From: Kondoa subrosea | Taxonomy: Eukaryota | DNA length: 64,000 nt | NCBI GenBank assembly: GCA_039545335.1 | Contig: BCIN01000007.1 | Coordinates: 1,232,530 to 1,296,529, forward strand | Direction: 5' to 3' | In this document: piece after piece, positions 52,334-64,000 of the stretch | How positions within the stretch are numbered: position 1 is the stretch's first letter | How the letters are laid out: each line of letters begins with the position of its first letter | The notes under the pieces: generated by a model | Databases searched by the model: none | The model's input: only the letters and a program-made list of their open reading frames with translations | Told to the model about the DNA's origin: nothing | Made by a program: the position numbers and the translations under genes

Positions 52334-53275
52334 CTATTCCCTGTTGAAGAGCATCGAAAGACCCATACAGCCCATGAGCGCGTACTTGAGCTCTATAAAG
52401 CACGTCAGCGACGTCTGCTAGTATGAGAAAGGCAGCATACTTGGGAAGTCATTCTAATTGTGAGCAGATCAGCAATGCTCTGGCAGATCAAACCAAGACT
52501 GACCATTGCAATCGTGACATAGCCTATATATGGCAGATAGCCGTCGACCTTACCAATGCTGTACGGGCAAGAATCGGCCTAAGCTGATAGACAGCCAATG
52601 ATCGCGCAAACGTACATATTACTTCTTTTCAGATACCTCAGCCCGTTGTAAAGCCCTATATCGTCTGTTGGGTTGTTATCCCCCTTCGTCACTATCGTAT
52701 AGCCTCATTTATTATGCAAGCATCATGGACGAATCAATGAACTTACATATCCACTGCTCTTGCACTCCTTTATCTGTTGCCATCAGCGTTGTCGGCGGTG
52801 TCGATTCGATATCATGCGGTTTCCTTCACTATCTTTCAGCGTTTTCCCGCCAGGTTTCTGCCAATACTCACTCATCATGTACTTCAATCACCCGATGAAC
52901 AATAGGTATAGCAGCTCCAGGAACGTTGTAGACTGTAATATCGCCAACCCGCAACGGTCTATCTTTCCTCAAAGTAAGGAATAAAAGATCTCCTCGCTTG
53001 AAAGCTGGTTCCATTGATCCTGAAAGCACAACCACAATAGGTGATTCGCAATTCGTTATTACTGCCAAAGTCTTCCACATTGCTAGAGCTGAGGCGATGA
53101 CAGAAGCCATGTTGAGACCTGCTTGCGACATGAGATATTTGACATGCACTATCACAGCAAGCAAACCTTGTAGTAGCAGACGGCGCTGCGATTGACTGAG
53201 CTTCTATACGGCAGTCAAAGGACAGAAGCTTACAATGCCCATCTTTCGAATTGCTTGTAACTCTGACCCAAACAT
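52334..53275 (-). CDS. SEC11: Signal peptidase complex catalytic subunit Sec11, multi-exon
   Basis: [66 protein letters not shown]. Confidence 0.96.
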
Positions 53276-53690
53276 CTTTCTTGGTTTGTACTGACGTTGA
53301 CAAAGCTACGAGACACAGACGGAAAGATGAGATTTGCGATCTAACACGTAGATAGAGCAGATGTCCAGCGAGACAGTAGACTTGATACAAAAAGCAACTT
53401 GAAAGCGATTCGAGCCAGTTGACGTGTTCACGCGAGGTAGCGCCGTCAGACACACATCGCGATAACAGGAGAGTTGATATGATGATAGCTGGAAGCTTAC
53501 AGAGCTAGGAAGCAGTGGCAGATTGGGTTAAACAATATAATTTGGACAATGTCATTGTCAGAGGGTCAGACATGCCTAGCTGCTAAGCGCAGATACACGA
53601 GTCTGTACGGGCTGATACAATCATTATTGCAACAGGAGGAAGCATAGCAAATCAAGGATGGTATTTACAACTCGTTGCAGTGCCAATGCC

Positions 53691-55734
53691 TCACTTGGTG
53701 AAAACCGATATCACATCCAGATCCCGTACTTTATGCGTCAGACCCACTTTGATTGGTTCGGGATTGAATCTATACTGAAATCAGATGAAGTTCTCTCTCA
53801 TAAGCTTGATCTCTCACTTGCTACTCTGACCATACACCAACGCGTAAGCGAAATGACTAACGAGCGATCGATGAATCGCATGAGCACACTGTTCGATCGT
53901 TGCCCCCGTTCGAACGACGACAGGATCTTCCAAATCAGGTCTTCGTGCTCGTTTCTTCGTGTAGATCCGCAACAAGCCAAGTTCTTGCCAGATTCGTTCT
54001 AGTATACTTCCTTCACCAGTAATATTGAGATCCAGAGCGCAGGAGATGACCACTGTATTGGGTTCTCGAGCGAGTTTGTCTACCAATTCCATTGATATCG
54101 CGTCGACTGTCACATAATTTGTGGTTAGAGGTGATGCAAAGGTGAGGAGAATGGAAAACCTACTTTTGTTGTATACGTACAGAACTATGGCAGTCAAAGA
54201 AGCGTAAACATGAGCGAACAGAAGTTGCTACTGAGGAAGCTCTTGACTTACGCTTAATGTACTTTCGATTACCTATTAGAACATCCAAGAACTGGTCTAC
54301 TGTGATGTCTTCGCGGATCATGACATCGCAATCTTTCGAATTATCAGCAAGGGCGCTCAATTCACGGTGAAGGCTTACTCTGTGGGACCATATATCAGCC
54401 TTCTCAGGTCTAGGTATAAGACGATCTAGAAGCTTACATGGATTTTATACTGCTGTAGAATAGATCGTATTGTTCGCTCGTCAATGTGATTGACTATGTG
54501 TACTCTTCAGTCGGCACCGAGCTTCGTGCGCATATAACGTACGAGTAACCGTCGCATTTATTGCTTTTAGAGAATTTTAGCGAACAGAATATAGCTTGTA
54601 CCGATGCGACTTACTAACTCCTCCTCCGGTCTTCTGTTTGAAGAGAATGTCTGGTTTCTTTTGGTTGATCCGCACGCCTACGGCTTCAAGTTCAATTTCA
54701 AGTAGACGTTTTTGCTGTTGCGCTTTCGTTGGATCGAGCATCATCTGGCAATCTTTATCAGCCCCTTCGAGTATTACGACTGCTGAGTGACCTACGAGAA
54801 TCAGGTCGGCCGTCTTGACTACTGCCACGACTTGTCGACCTCTTCCGCGACCTTGTGAAGCTCCCTGTCGAGTGTATCACAACTCTTCATGAGGTTAGGC
54901 TCAATGATGCGAGGTGACACCGACCTCTAGAATACCAGGCAGATCAAGTAACTGAATTCGAGCGCCCTCAATTTCCAGCACACCAGGAATTGCTGTCAAA
55001 GTGCTACACACGAAATCGTCAGTCCAAGGTGAGGGTAACATCGGATCTGCGCGGCATACGTATACTCATAAGCCGCTATTTCACTCTTAGTCTTCGTTAC
55101 TTTAGAAAGGAAAGTTGATTTGCCAGTTGAGGGGAAGCCTGCCAGCGAGTTTCAGTAAGATAGAGTTTCAAGCGAAATCGAGTCCGATAGACCCGCAGTA
55201 CTCACCTAGCAAGCACACTCGAGCATCTCCACTCTAGCAGAAGTTCAGTTTTAGGCAGAACAAGCTTCATTGACGGCTAATGCGAACCTTCATGACATCA
55301 AAACCTGTTTACAACTTGAGAATAGGTCTACTAGTGGAATGACTAGCTTACCTTCTCCCGCTGGTCCTTTCTTCGCAGGTTCCAGTAGCTGAGCTCGATA
55401 TTTCGCGAGCTTGGCTTTCAGCAGACCCAGATGATACCTAAGTAAATGTGATCTTCAGCTTTCGGATCGAGATACCTGTAGAGCTACGCACTCCGTTGCC
55501 TTGTTCTGCATATGTCACACAAACATCAGATCTGGTCGAACACAGCTCTTGAACTGTTTTCACCTTCTGCGTCCGCCTCTATTCTCATTGTATTAGCTAT
55601 GTAGAAGTCTACGGTATGATCTAGCTTGCCATCTCCTCCTCCTGAGCAATTGAACATTTCAGCAAGATTTCCTGACACTTGCTCGCGCCGAAGCGACGAC
55701 GCACAATCTCAGCAATCTTCTCTACGATAGCCAT
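53691..55734 (-). CDS. RBG2: Developmentally regulated GTPase DRG2/Rbg2, many exons
   Basis: [88 protein letters not shown]-terminal TGS domain. The N-terminus resembles DRG2 more than DRG1. Confidence 0.92.
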
Positions 55735-56191
55735 CTTGTCTCAGTTATCTCTTGCTGCGTTCCGATCAATACGTGAGAATATGTATACTTCGCAGTCGCG
55801 GATCTATGAAGACAAAAATGTATTGTTTTGGTAAATGCAGATGAGCTACAGTAGAATAGCTACCGAAGTATAGCTATCGAGGACGGCTTGACTGCTTATT
55901 GCGAGGCGTCTGCTCTTCCATGCTGGTACGACTGCATGATCACGGCGTGAAAGCTGGCTAGTCGACGATGGACAGACTCCTCTTATCACCCTATACACGC
56001 AGTCTCGTGAAGCGTAATACGTGTCTTCCGTCTTGCGCTTCGTAGCCGTCTTCTATTCTTTGTTCGCATGTTTGCCTGCGGAGTTACTCATAGAGCGATG
56101 CTGTCTTCTTCTACTGTTCAGGCTGTACCTATCGTCACTTCTCTTTAGCTTACCTCTTGCTTCTGCTATTCTTCCCTCTGCGTATTCAAAT

Positions 56192-57128
56192 ATGCTTTCT
56201 TACCAGGTTCAAGAGCGGACATGTCCAACAGGTTTATTCCGACTTGAGGAGTCCGATTTGCTTTCATGACGATTGTATGCAGACAGCGAATTTGCTGAAT
56301 TAGCCGAAATGGCTACAAGAAGCGCTAGATCCAATCTTAAAGATGAATTCCACGAGAACATCTGGAGCAAAGTGAGTCTTCATCCAATCCACTTCTCGTA
56401 TAAATAGAGCTCATGATTGTGATCAGTACGAAGACAATCCAGACCGCTGGATGTTGGGTTATAGAGCTAGCCTGAAAGCGTGCATCAAATCCGGTGGAGC
56501 ACTGCTTACAATCAATAACGAAGCACTAGCGACCATCTTCCCACCTGGTACTAGCTATCAACGTCCTGCGCCTGAAGAAGATGCAGATACCGCTGAGGGT
56601 TTGAAAATGGATGAACGATATCCAGGATTGATTGAACATAGACGTGATAAGGTTTAAAAAAAAGAGCTTAAGAGATGTTTTACTTTAGCTGCTCTGCTAT
56701 TTTAGATCATTCCCGCAATGAAGGCATTAGAGAAAGAAGCTTATGGACTTGGGATTGCACATCAAGGATTGGAAGTGATGCTGCTCATGGTCGATTCCAC
56801 GAAACAAGGTCAAGGTCGTGGTAAAGCATTGCTGGATATCATCAAGAGCAAGGTAAGTCTATAGACAGCGCTTCTTTGAATGTGAGTTTTAACAAAATTT
56901 TGACACAGGCCGTGGGATTTGGCTGCGATGTATTCTTGGACACCGATCCTGAACATGTATGAATATTCAAAAGACTTGATGTATCAGCTGATCGGCTTGT
57001 CGCAGTTCTCATATTATGAGAAACAGGGCTTTACGAGAATTCATACTGGCTACTTGCCTCCGATGGACGAAAACGCTCCAGGCATCAGCTGGAATTGTAT
57101 GAGATGGACATGCCCAACAAAGCAGTAG
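56192..57128 (+). CDS. GNAT-family N-acetyltransferase, multi-exon
   Basis: Acetyl-CoA-binding motif A LMVDSTKQGQGRGKALL, followed by VFLDT and YYEKQGF. Confidence 0.8.
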
Positions 57129-57390
57129 GACAGGGAGGACTTCGAAGACTGAGACGAGTAGAAGGGATACAAAGCAAACAATAGAGCTCAAATTATGCCA
57201 AAAGCGAGAAACAAGAGAATCAGACTACGGCTCGAGAGAATTGTGATAGCTTCATGGAGCTGTCTATAATCGACTGCAGACCAGCGGAGAACATCGCTTG
57301 TGGCTTTCTTGAGTTCGCCAACCTCGCTCAAAATTCGAAAAATTCGACTCCATCTTGACTTGCAACCTCGAACTCGCCCAATCTTCACCT

Positions 57391-58201
57391 ATGGCACCTA
57401 CAAGGTCTGTTGCATTGTCCAAGGCTCGAAGCAACGGCTGTCTGTGATACCCCTTGCGCTGGAAATCGAAAAATGCCAAAATTGCTCAAGAAAGGCCTGC
57501 TGCTTGCAATGCAATCGCTTGTGTACTCGGCCTGGGGCAGCTGCAGCCTTCAAAGCATTACAGCTGCTTTAATACCCTTATTCAAGCCCCATCAGCCGAA
57601 ATCAGACTATCTCTAATGCAAGAACTCGAAGCTGATTATCATGCTCTGTATCGTTACAGACTTTACGCAAAAGGCCGTGTCCTTGGTTTCACCAGAGGCA
57701 AGCGCAACCAGAAGCCCAACACCTCTCTTCTTCAAATTGAAGGTGTAGCAAACAAGGAAGAGGCCAAAGTGGGTTTCAACATGTGTGCTAGGCTAGAAAG
57801 GCAAGACTGATGCAAGAGCTTGTAGTTCTACCTCGGAAAGCGTGTTGCATATGTTTACAAGGCACAAAAGGAGATTAACGGATCAAAAGTCAGGTATGCA
57901 AATGTTTCACCTGACTCTTTTGAAGGATCGCCGATTCTTTTGTAATGAACAGGATTTGCTGGGGACGAGCAAGTTACCACATACATCTTGTGCTTAATTC
58001 GATACTTATTGTTCTCCTCTACTCAGGTCACAAGATCGCACGGAAACTCCGGGTAAGCTTTTTCTCTCTCCTTCGATCATATGATACGTCATGCTCACTA
58101 TTCGTCAATGCAGCGGTGTACGTGCTCAATTCAGACGCAACCTTCCAGCTCGTGCATTCGGCGCTTCATGCCGAATCATGCTCTACCCATCTGCCATCTA
58201 A
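57391..58201 (+). CDS. RPL33: 60S ribosomal protein eL33 (L33/L35A), multi-exon
   Basis: [54 protein letters not shown]...[44 protein letters not shown] intron at 57969-58026. Confidence 0.96.
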
Positions 58202-58988
58202 ATCTCAAGTATCAAGAGTTGATTGATTGAAGGTTTAGAAGTTCTGACGAGGTTGAAGTCTGTCCTTTTGCATCGTATTTGGGTAGTCGTCACTTTGGCA
58301 AAAGCATGCAATTTTACACAAAACTGCAAAATCAAACAGCTCGTGGTGTTTCGACTTTATTTCGCATGGACTTCTGCTTAGGACGTTTTCTCCTCTCTCC
58401 TTCTTTGCTGTCAAGTGTTCCGTATACACAGGCCTCAAAGTCGCTTGTGGCATTTGCTATTGCTCAAAACTGTCTTTTGGATTTCTTCCAGTCTTTTTAT
58501 GCCAGATGTTCCCTGTTAGCAATCTTTGCTTTATTTCGCTCTTCTGTCCGGCAACCTCTTTTCTTCCTCCATGATCGGACTTATGTCGTTGTAAAGAGTA
58601 TCGGACTATCGGGTTAATTCTACTCTACTCTTATCATATGGCTTTCGGCGGAAAGACTTGAGACAATGCAAAACAGTGGGTTGCAATGGAAGCTAAAAGC
58701 AAGTCGCTGCCCCCATCAAACAGATTTAAGTATTGTTACAGAACGTTACCCGATGAGTAGAAACATTCTGGACTATTTAATGAGAGCGAAACCTATGACT
58801 GAGATAGCGCCGCATGGTTTTACCATGCTCAATACAAAGAGCCAAGTCCTCGCCTCTGAAACATAGCCGAGCGATTTTTTTTGTGTTGCCTCGTGTAAGC
58901 CCGTTTCCATTTGCGTCATCACAAGTTGTCTTGAACAGCCAATCCACCAAGCTTGCAAACCTTTTAGCTACATCACATCTATTTAAAC

Positions 58989-59667
58989 ATGCCTTTCACC
59001 GTATGCCTACAGTGCTGCATCGCTTGTGGAAGGGGCTGACTTGTTTTGTTCCATTCTTTTAGGCTTCCGATATGTAAGTTGTCATGGCAACTCGTCAGTC
59101 AAGTACTGATGAGCTCATCGACGATCTGACAGCTGCAAGATCATCCTTGCTATCGTGCGTTCTATAGTATCAAAACCGAAAACATGCCAGTGCACTGACC
59201 TTTTACGTTAAAAAGTTCCTACCTCCGTAAGCTGTGCTGCTGCTACACTGAGATGAGTGCTCAACCTTGTCGGCATATAGTCTTGGAGTGTGAGTGGAGA
59301 TTAAGCCTTTGTATCATGATTATGCTGAGGTTTTATCCACTTTCAGTTTCCTTGAACGAGGCTGCGGCGTAAGTTTCTGTCTATTTCTGACAATGCGGCT
59401 TCAAACTCATCACCTGGATAGGCCGATTTCTTCATCAATATTCTCTTGACTATTTTGCGCGCTGCCTTTCCTTGAGATTGAGAAATAACGCTGACGCTCT
59501 TATTTCACAGGGGGTTCATTCCAGGTTAATATACTGTTTCTTCTGCTATCACTCTGCTAATTCCTGTCTAACAGGCATCATCCATGCGCTGTACATCAGT
59601 ACGCTGCTTGCATTATTAGCCCAAAGTAACCCAAGCTGAATTCATTCTTGCAGTTCTCAAGTATTGA
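58989..59667 (+). CDS. PMP3: Plasma membrane proteolipid Pmp3 (57 aa, 10 exons)
   Basis: Manual splicing gives MPFTASDICKIILAIFLPPLGVFLERGCGADFFINILLTILGFIPGIIHALYIILKY*. Absent from the ORF track. Confidence 0.93.
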
Positions 59668-59862
59668 AGCGATGAGTAAATGAATCGATGGGAAGGAAAG
59701 GGATCGGACATTCAGTAATTTAGATCGTATACAAGCAAGCCAAAGAAGAAGCAGAAGAATGATGTGCCAAATGTAATAGCCCTATGAAGTAACCTGTTTT
59801 TGCCCGAAATTCGCGTTGCTTGTCTTGTGACGAATACCGCCCACTTAAGGATACCCTGCGCA

Positions 59863-60703
59863 ATGCCTCATAAGAAAGCTAAACGCAGTGTACGACAAGC
59901 ACAGAGCGAGAAACGGTACGCCTTACCCAAATCTACAATTTCCAACATTTCATGCGGGTTTATCTTGCAGAGGACAAGATCTTGCCCCTACTTCAGCAGA
60001 TACTCTAGTATCCGATGGATTATCAAAGACTGTTTCACGTATTCTCAACGCAGAAAAGACTCGTACAGCTGCTTTAGCTAAACGGAAACTGGCTTCAACA
60101 ACGGATGAAAGTAGTAGTCAACCGAAGAAGAAGCTCAAGATTGAACCACATGAATCTTTGCGCAAGTTTTCAGAAAGAGCAGAAGCGGAATTGAGACCTG
60201 AAATTACTTTGGCAATGAAGAATGCATCGAAATTGAATGGTGCTCATAAACTTAACAAAGCTCAAAAGAAGAAGAAAAGGTTAGCGAATGAGCAGGCTCA
60301 GTTAGGTGAAGAAACGGAATTCTATGGGTTTGATAATAAGCCGGAGAAGGAGATTAAAGAGTTCAAACCTGTTGAACGGAGGACTATCAATGATTGTCAG
60401 TTTCGGTCTGCGCCTCTCTGCATTCGTGTTGTTGATATGGTCGTACAGTGGCTATGGAACCGCCTAGTCTATCGATCAAGAATAAGAAAGCCAAAGAAAC
60501 GCTTTCGGGCCAAACGAGCGGAAGATTGCCAATATCAATGTCACAGAAAGAAGCGATAGAGCAGGAGAGAATAAAAGCAATACAGAGGTGGGCAGGTTCA
60601 TGGATCCAGCAATTGAGCTTGCTTATCTATGCCCTTCTCTCGCAGGTATCGAGATCTGAAAGCATCAACGCAAACACCTTTTCCACCAATAGCAACAGAA
60701 TAG
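59863..60703 (+). CDS. Basic, Lys-rich conserved fungal protein (UPF0653-like)
   Basis: MPHKKAKRSVR..GQDLAP, SRILNAEK, LKIEPHESLRKFSER, RRTIND..AMEPPSL, EQERIKAIQRYRDLK. Confidence 0.65.
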
Positions 60704-60709
60704 TATTGT

Positions 60710-63498
60710 CTACATTCTATCGGGCGCTTGTTTCAACCCACTAATCCTCAACAAGCTACTCATTCGTTCACCCATACTTCCCAATAGATCAGCTTGCGAT
60801 TGACCCAATGTATAAGTACTTGGTTGTACTAGCGGTTTCCTCACTTTCTCTGCTCCTATCTTGTCCTGCAAGACTATACGGCCATTTTCCCAATCTCCTG
60901 AATCAAGGTTCTGTTTGGCTTGTAAAAGGGAATCAAGAATGGATTGATGTAGAGCTATTTGTGAAGCCAAGAGTGAAGAAGCCAAGTTTGAATAATCAGC
61001 TTGTCGATCCGAATGAGCTCTGTTCACAATTACTTTCTGAGTCTTACAGTATCATGGCAAAGAAGAACGAGAAAGCTTACTTGGATAATTCAGCTGCGCA
61101 AACATTAACCACAGTCTCACATCTCGTTGAGACCATTTCCCTCTCTTTCCCATCTTCAGAAGGCGAACTGCTATGTCCTTGATCAGGTTGGAACCCTTCG
61201 ATCGTTTTCCAAGATTCTAGAGCAGCGGATTGAGTATTGGTCAATTCGAGATAGTGAGAAGAAGGATCTGTCAATTCATGCGCGGATTCGGATAATGCTA
61301 GTAAGGGTGAAGAGGCAGTTCGGTCGTAGAGATTTGCAAGGGCTGAAAGAGTTTGAGCGGTTCCTTGTAAATTGCGGGAAACGCCTTGACATTCTGTACT
61401 AATATTAAGCATGAATCTGCAATGAACGGAATGAGCTTGACCTTGACAATTCTCGCGCCAACAGTGCGCTTCTGCCGGCATAAGGTTTTGTAAGGAGTGA
61501 GCAACTTCATCCAAAGACAGAGCGTTTTCTAGTTTTGTCCTGAGCTTTTTGTACCTCTGAGCACGCTGGTAATAGCTCACCTCTGCAAGCTACTCTGTAT
61601 CTACCCAAATTCTCTTCTAATTTCCGAACAGAGCCTTCCTTCTCTGTCCGATTGACAAATTGAGTGAAACGGTGCAATTCATCTTCGGCTGTTTCGATAT
61701 CGAGATTCCATTCCGGATGAGATACTTGATGAAAGAAAGCGGAAGGCGGATAAGATGTCAGAGCTTGTTTGCTACTAATTAAAGTCTGGGCGAAGGCCTG
61801 TTTATGCCAATCGAATCAGAACAGAGACTAGGAGAGGGAGAAAGCAAGGTATCTTCTCACCTCATCAGATTCACACAAGAACGATCTTAGTGCTGGCATG
61901 GAAGCGAAAACTGGATGAGAAGCTAATCGACTGATCCAACGATCTAGATCCCTCTTGCGTTCTTCCACAAACTCTTCTCTGAATTTACCTAAATACTTCT
62001 TGGCTGGTAAAGCAGGTTGAACGAGAACTGGACAAGTCCGCTTTAAGAAAGTATACAAAGATGAGAAATGAGAGAAGCGGCGTTGAACTTGGTACGTTTC
62101 TTGTTCATCTGGATTGTCAGTTGAAGTCCAAGTGGAGGTGACAGTAAAAGAGATATACTCAGATGAACGAGATAGTGGATCGGTGCTTGCTTTAGTCGGT
62201 TTATGCACTGATACGCTACGGATCTCGGCAGGAAAAGACCAGGAAGGTTCGTTCTGGCAACAATGATTCAGGGCAAAATCATAGCAGTAAAACTTCACTC
62301 ACATCAATCTCGTACATCTTTGTATGAAATTTTTCACTGTACTCTGATGATGGGTTTCGACCCAGTACGAACTCTTCGGCTCCTGAAGCCATCCATCCAT
62401 TTAAGGCTCTAGATTTCCCTTTTAGACTTCCCTTGATCTGATCTGACAAGTTCTTCTTGGCCAATTGCCTTTTCTCTTCTGCTGATAATATATTCTCCAG
62501 TGAAGGCGATCTCGATAATGGCCGAGGAAAAGAAGGTGGAACAGGTTGTAAATTTGGTAGGTGTTCACCAGCAAGAGGTGGTTCTTCTTGTGCTTCTGCT
62601 CGAGTGAGAACGGGATGACCGGAAGACGAAGATGAGGAAATAGGCAAGCCTGAATCTGCCGCTGCTGCGATTCTGCCAAAGTAGGATTTGAAGCGCGATG
62701 CATCGGATTGAACCTTTTCTACTGCTTCTTCTTCTTGCTGATGATCAGCTATGGGCTGAAATGTTGTTACTCTGGGAGGAGAGGCTGAAGCTGAAGAATT
62801 CTGACGAGTAAGAAGGACAGGAATGGATGCTTCTTTGCTGAGCGACGTTGTCCTGCTGTCTATTCGTGCTGGATCTTGTTTCTGAAGTGGGGAGAGTTGT
62901 GGGGACGATGTTATGCTATTATCTTCTGGTACCGTATCGGAAGATATCCTCTTCCTAGAGCTCGTTGATTCTCCAGCTTGCGAAGTTGATCCTGCTCCAG
63001 CAGTGGACGTGTTCGACGCAACATCGGCATTTGACTGGTCTGATTTCTCTTCGGTGTTGAGAGAAGCAGAAATGCCAGACTCGCTTGTGGTATTCAAAGG
63101 CATAGGTGAAATTGCGCGAAGACCGTCTTCTGCCGGTTGTTCAAGAGGTAACAGCATAGGTGTACTAGTAGATGGAGTCAATAGAGAAGAAATAGGCCGA
63201 TGTTCTTCTTCTTCTGGCTCTACATATGGCATCCAAAAGCGCCGTGGGATCAACCCTTCTTTGGCATCTTCACCATGAGCGAGCACTATCCCAATGGACC
63301 AACCGCTTGAGGCATCTTCTACCCAAATCTCGAGCAAGTCGCCTATTCAAATTAGTTCGAGAACCAGTACATCGCCAAGTGAGATTCACCTTTGCTGAAA
63401 GTCAGCTCTTCTCCCTCGCCTTGAAAAGAGTGAATAGCTATAGCTGGTTGTGGGTCAATCGTTTGCTCGTACAGAGATGCTTCTGCGCTGTGTGCCAT
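60710..63498 (-). CDS. SH3-PX-BAR sorting nexin (SNX9/18/33-like architecture), multi-exon
   Basis: SH3 (AIHSFQGEGEELTFSKG..GWSIG..EGLIP), a low-complexity linker, PX (VQRRFSHFSSLY..PALPAKKYLGKFREEFVEERKRDLDRWISRLASHPV) and a helical BAR-like C-terminus. Confidence 0.85.
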
Positions 63499-64000
63499 GT
63501 CGTAGTCTGATACAGATCCGCTAGTACTAGGTCCTCTTCGCGGTAGGAAGAGACGAATCTGCTAAGAATACAACGAGAGATGATGATGAGGCAGAGAGTG
63601 ATGCAGGTATAGGCTTCGAAAGAAGGAAGGAAAGGAGACCAGCTAATGTCAACAATTAAATGGGTGCGAACGGACAAGTTATCGTCCCAGGCTGTGGTAT
63701 ACCAATGTAAAGTTCCTCGTATGGTATCAATGCTCAAATGCAACAGCTAGGAAGGGTATCGCTCATGGTTCATGGTCAAACCCTTACGATGACCTGCAAC
63801 ATTCGCCTCTCTGCTCGATCTGCAAAGTTCGGAGACTGGTTGCTTGCTACGCGCTTGCCATGAACTGGACTACGATTTGAGCCAATGTCTCGAATCCCCA
63901 GACTGCAGATGTTTCAGATAATCAGCTTCAATAAGCCTCTCGGTGTGTCTATGGCAGCTAGAGGCGAAATGTGCGGCACCTCATCAAGTATGGCCACTGT

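Noticed and set aside
63747..63863. Peptide GQTLTMTCNIRLSARSAKFG, resembling an enoyl-CoA hydratase motif
   Set aside because: It is short, bounded by stops and at the window edge. I could not build a coherent gene model.

Overview
A gene-dense, intron-rich fungal region. Introns are about 50-60 nt with GTRAGT/GTCAGT/GTGCGT donors, CTRAY-like branch points and YAG/AAG acceptors. The gene content and architecture suggest a basidiomycete (inference). By splicing exons by hand I reconstructed about 29 protein-coding genes, mostly housekeeping: KRE6, VPS9, SPT20, a G3BP/Bre5-like NTF2-RRM protein, VMA10, symplekin, a KUP/HAK K+ transporter, a P450, a Mug135-like protein, a Fus3/Kss1-type MAPK, a NiCoT nickel permease, RPAP1/RBA50, CRIPT, ARP2, BRF1, a sugar porter, a TfdA/TauD dioxygenase, an LCCL protein, a Tag1-like protein, a Slm1-like protein, SEC11, DRG2/RBG2, a GNAT, RPL33, PMP3, a UPF0653-like protein and an SH3-PX-BAR sorting nexin. 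I found no tRNA, rRNA, CRISPR array or intact transposon. The most striking signals concern splicing: two adjacent 52-nt introns that are 45/52 identical (plus a second related intron pair in KRE6), two 1-nt exons required to restore conserved motifs, several 3-6 nt exons, and a 57-aa gene in 10 exons. Other notable features are head-to-head gene pairs with only 50-54 nt between start codons and repeated local C-rich to G-rich skew switches inside long exons. All exon models are manual predictions with no transcript support.
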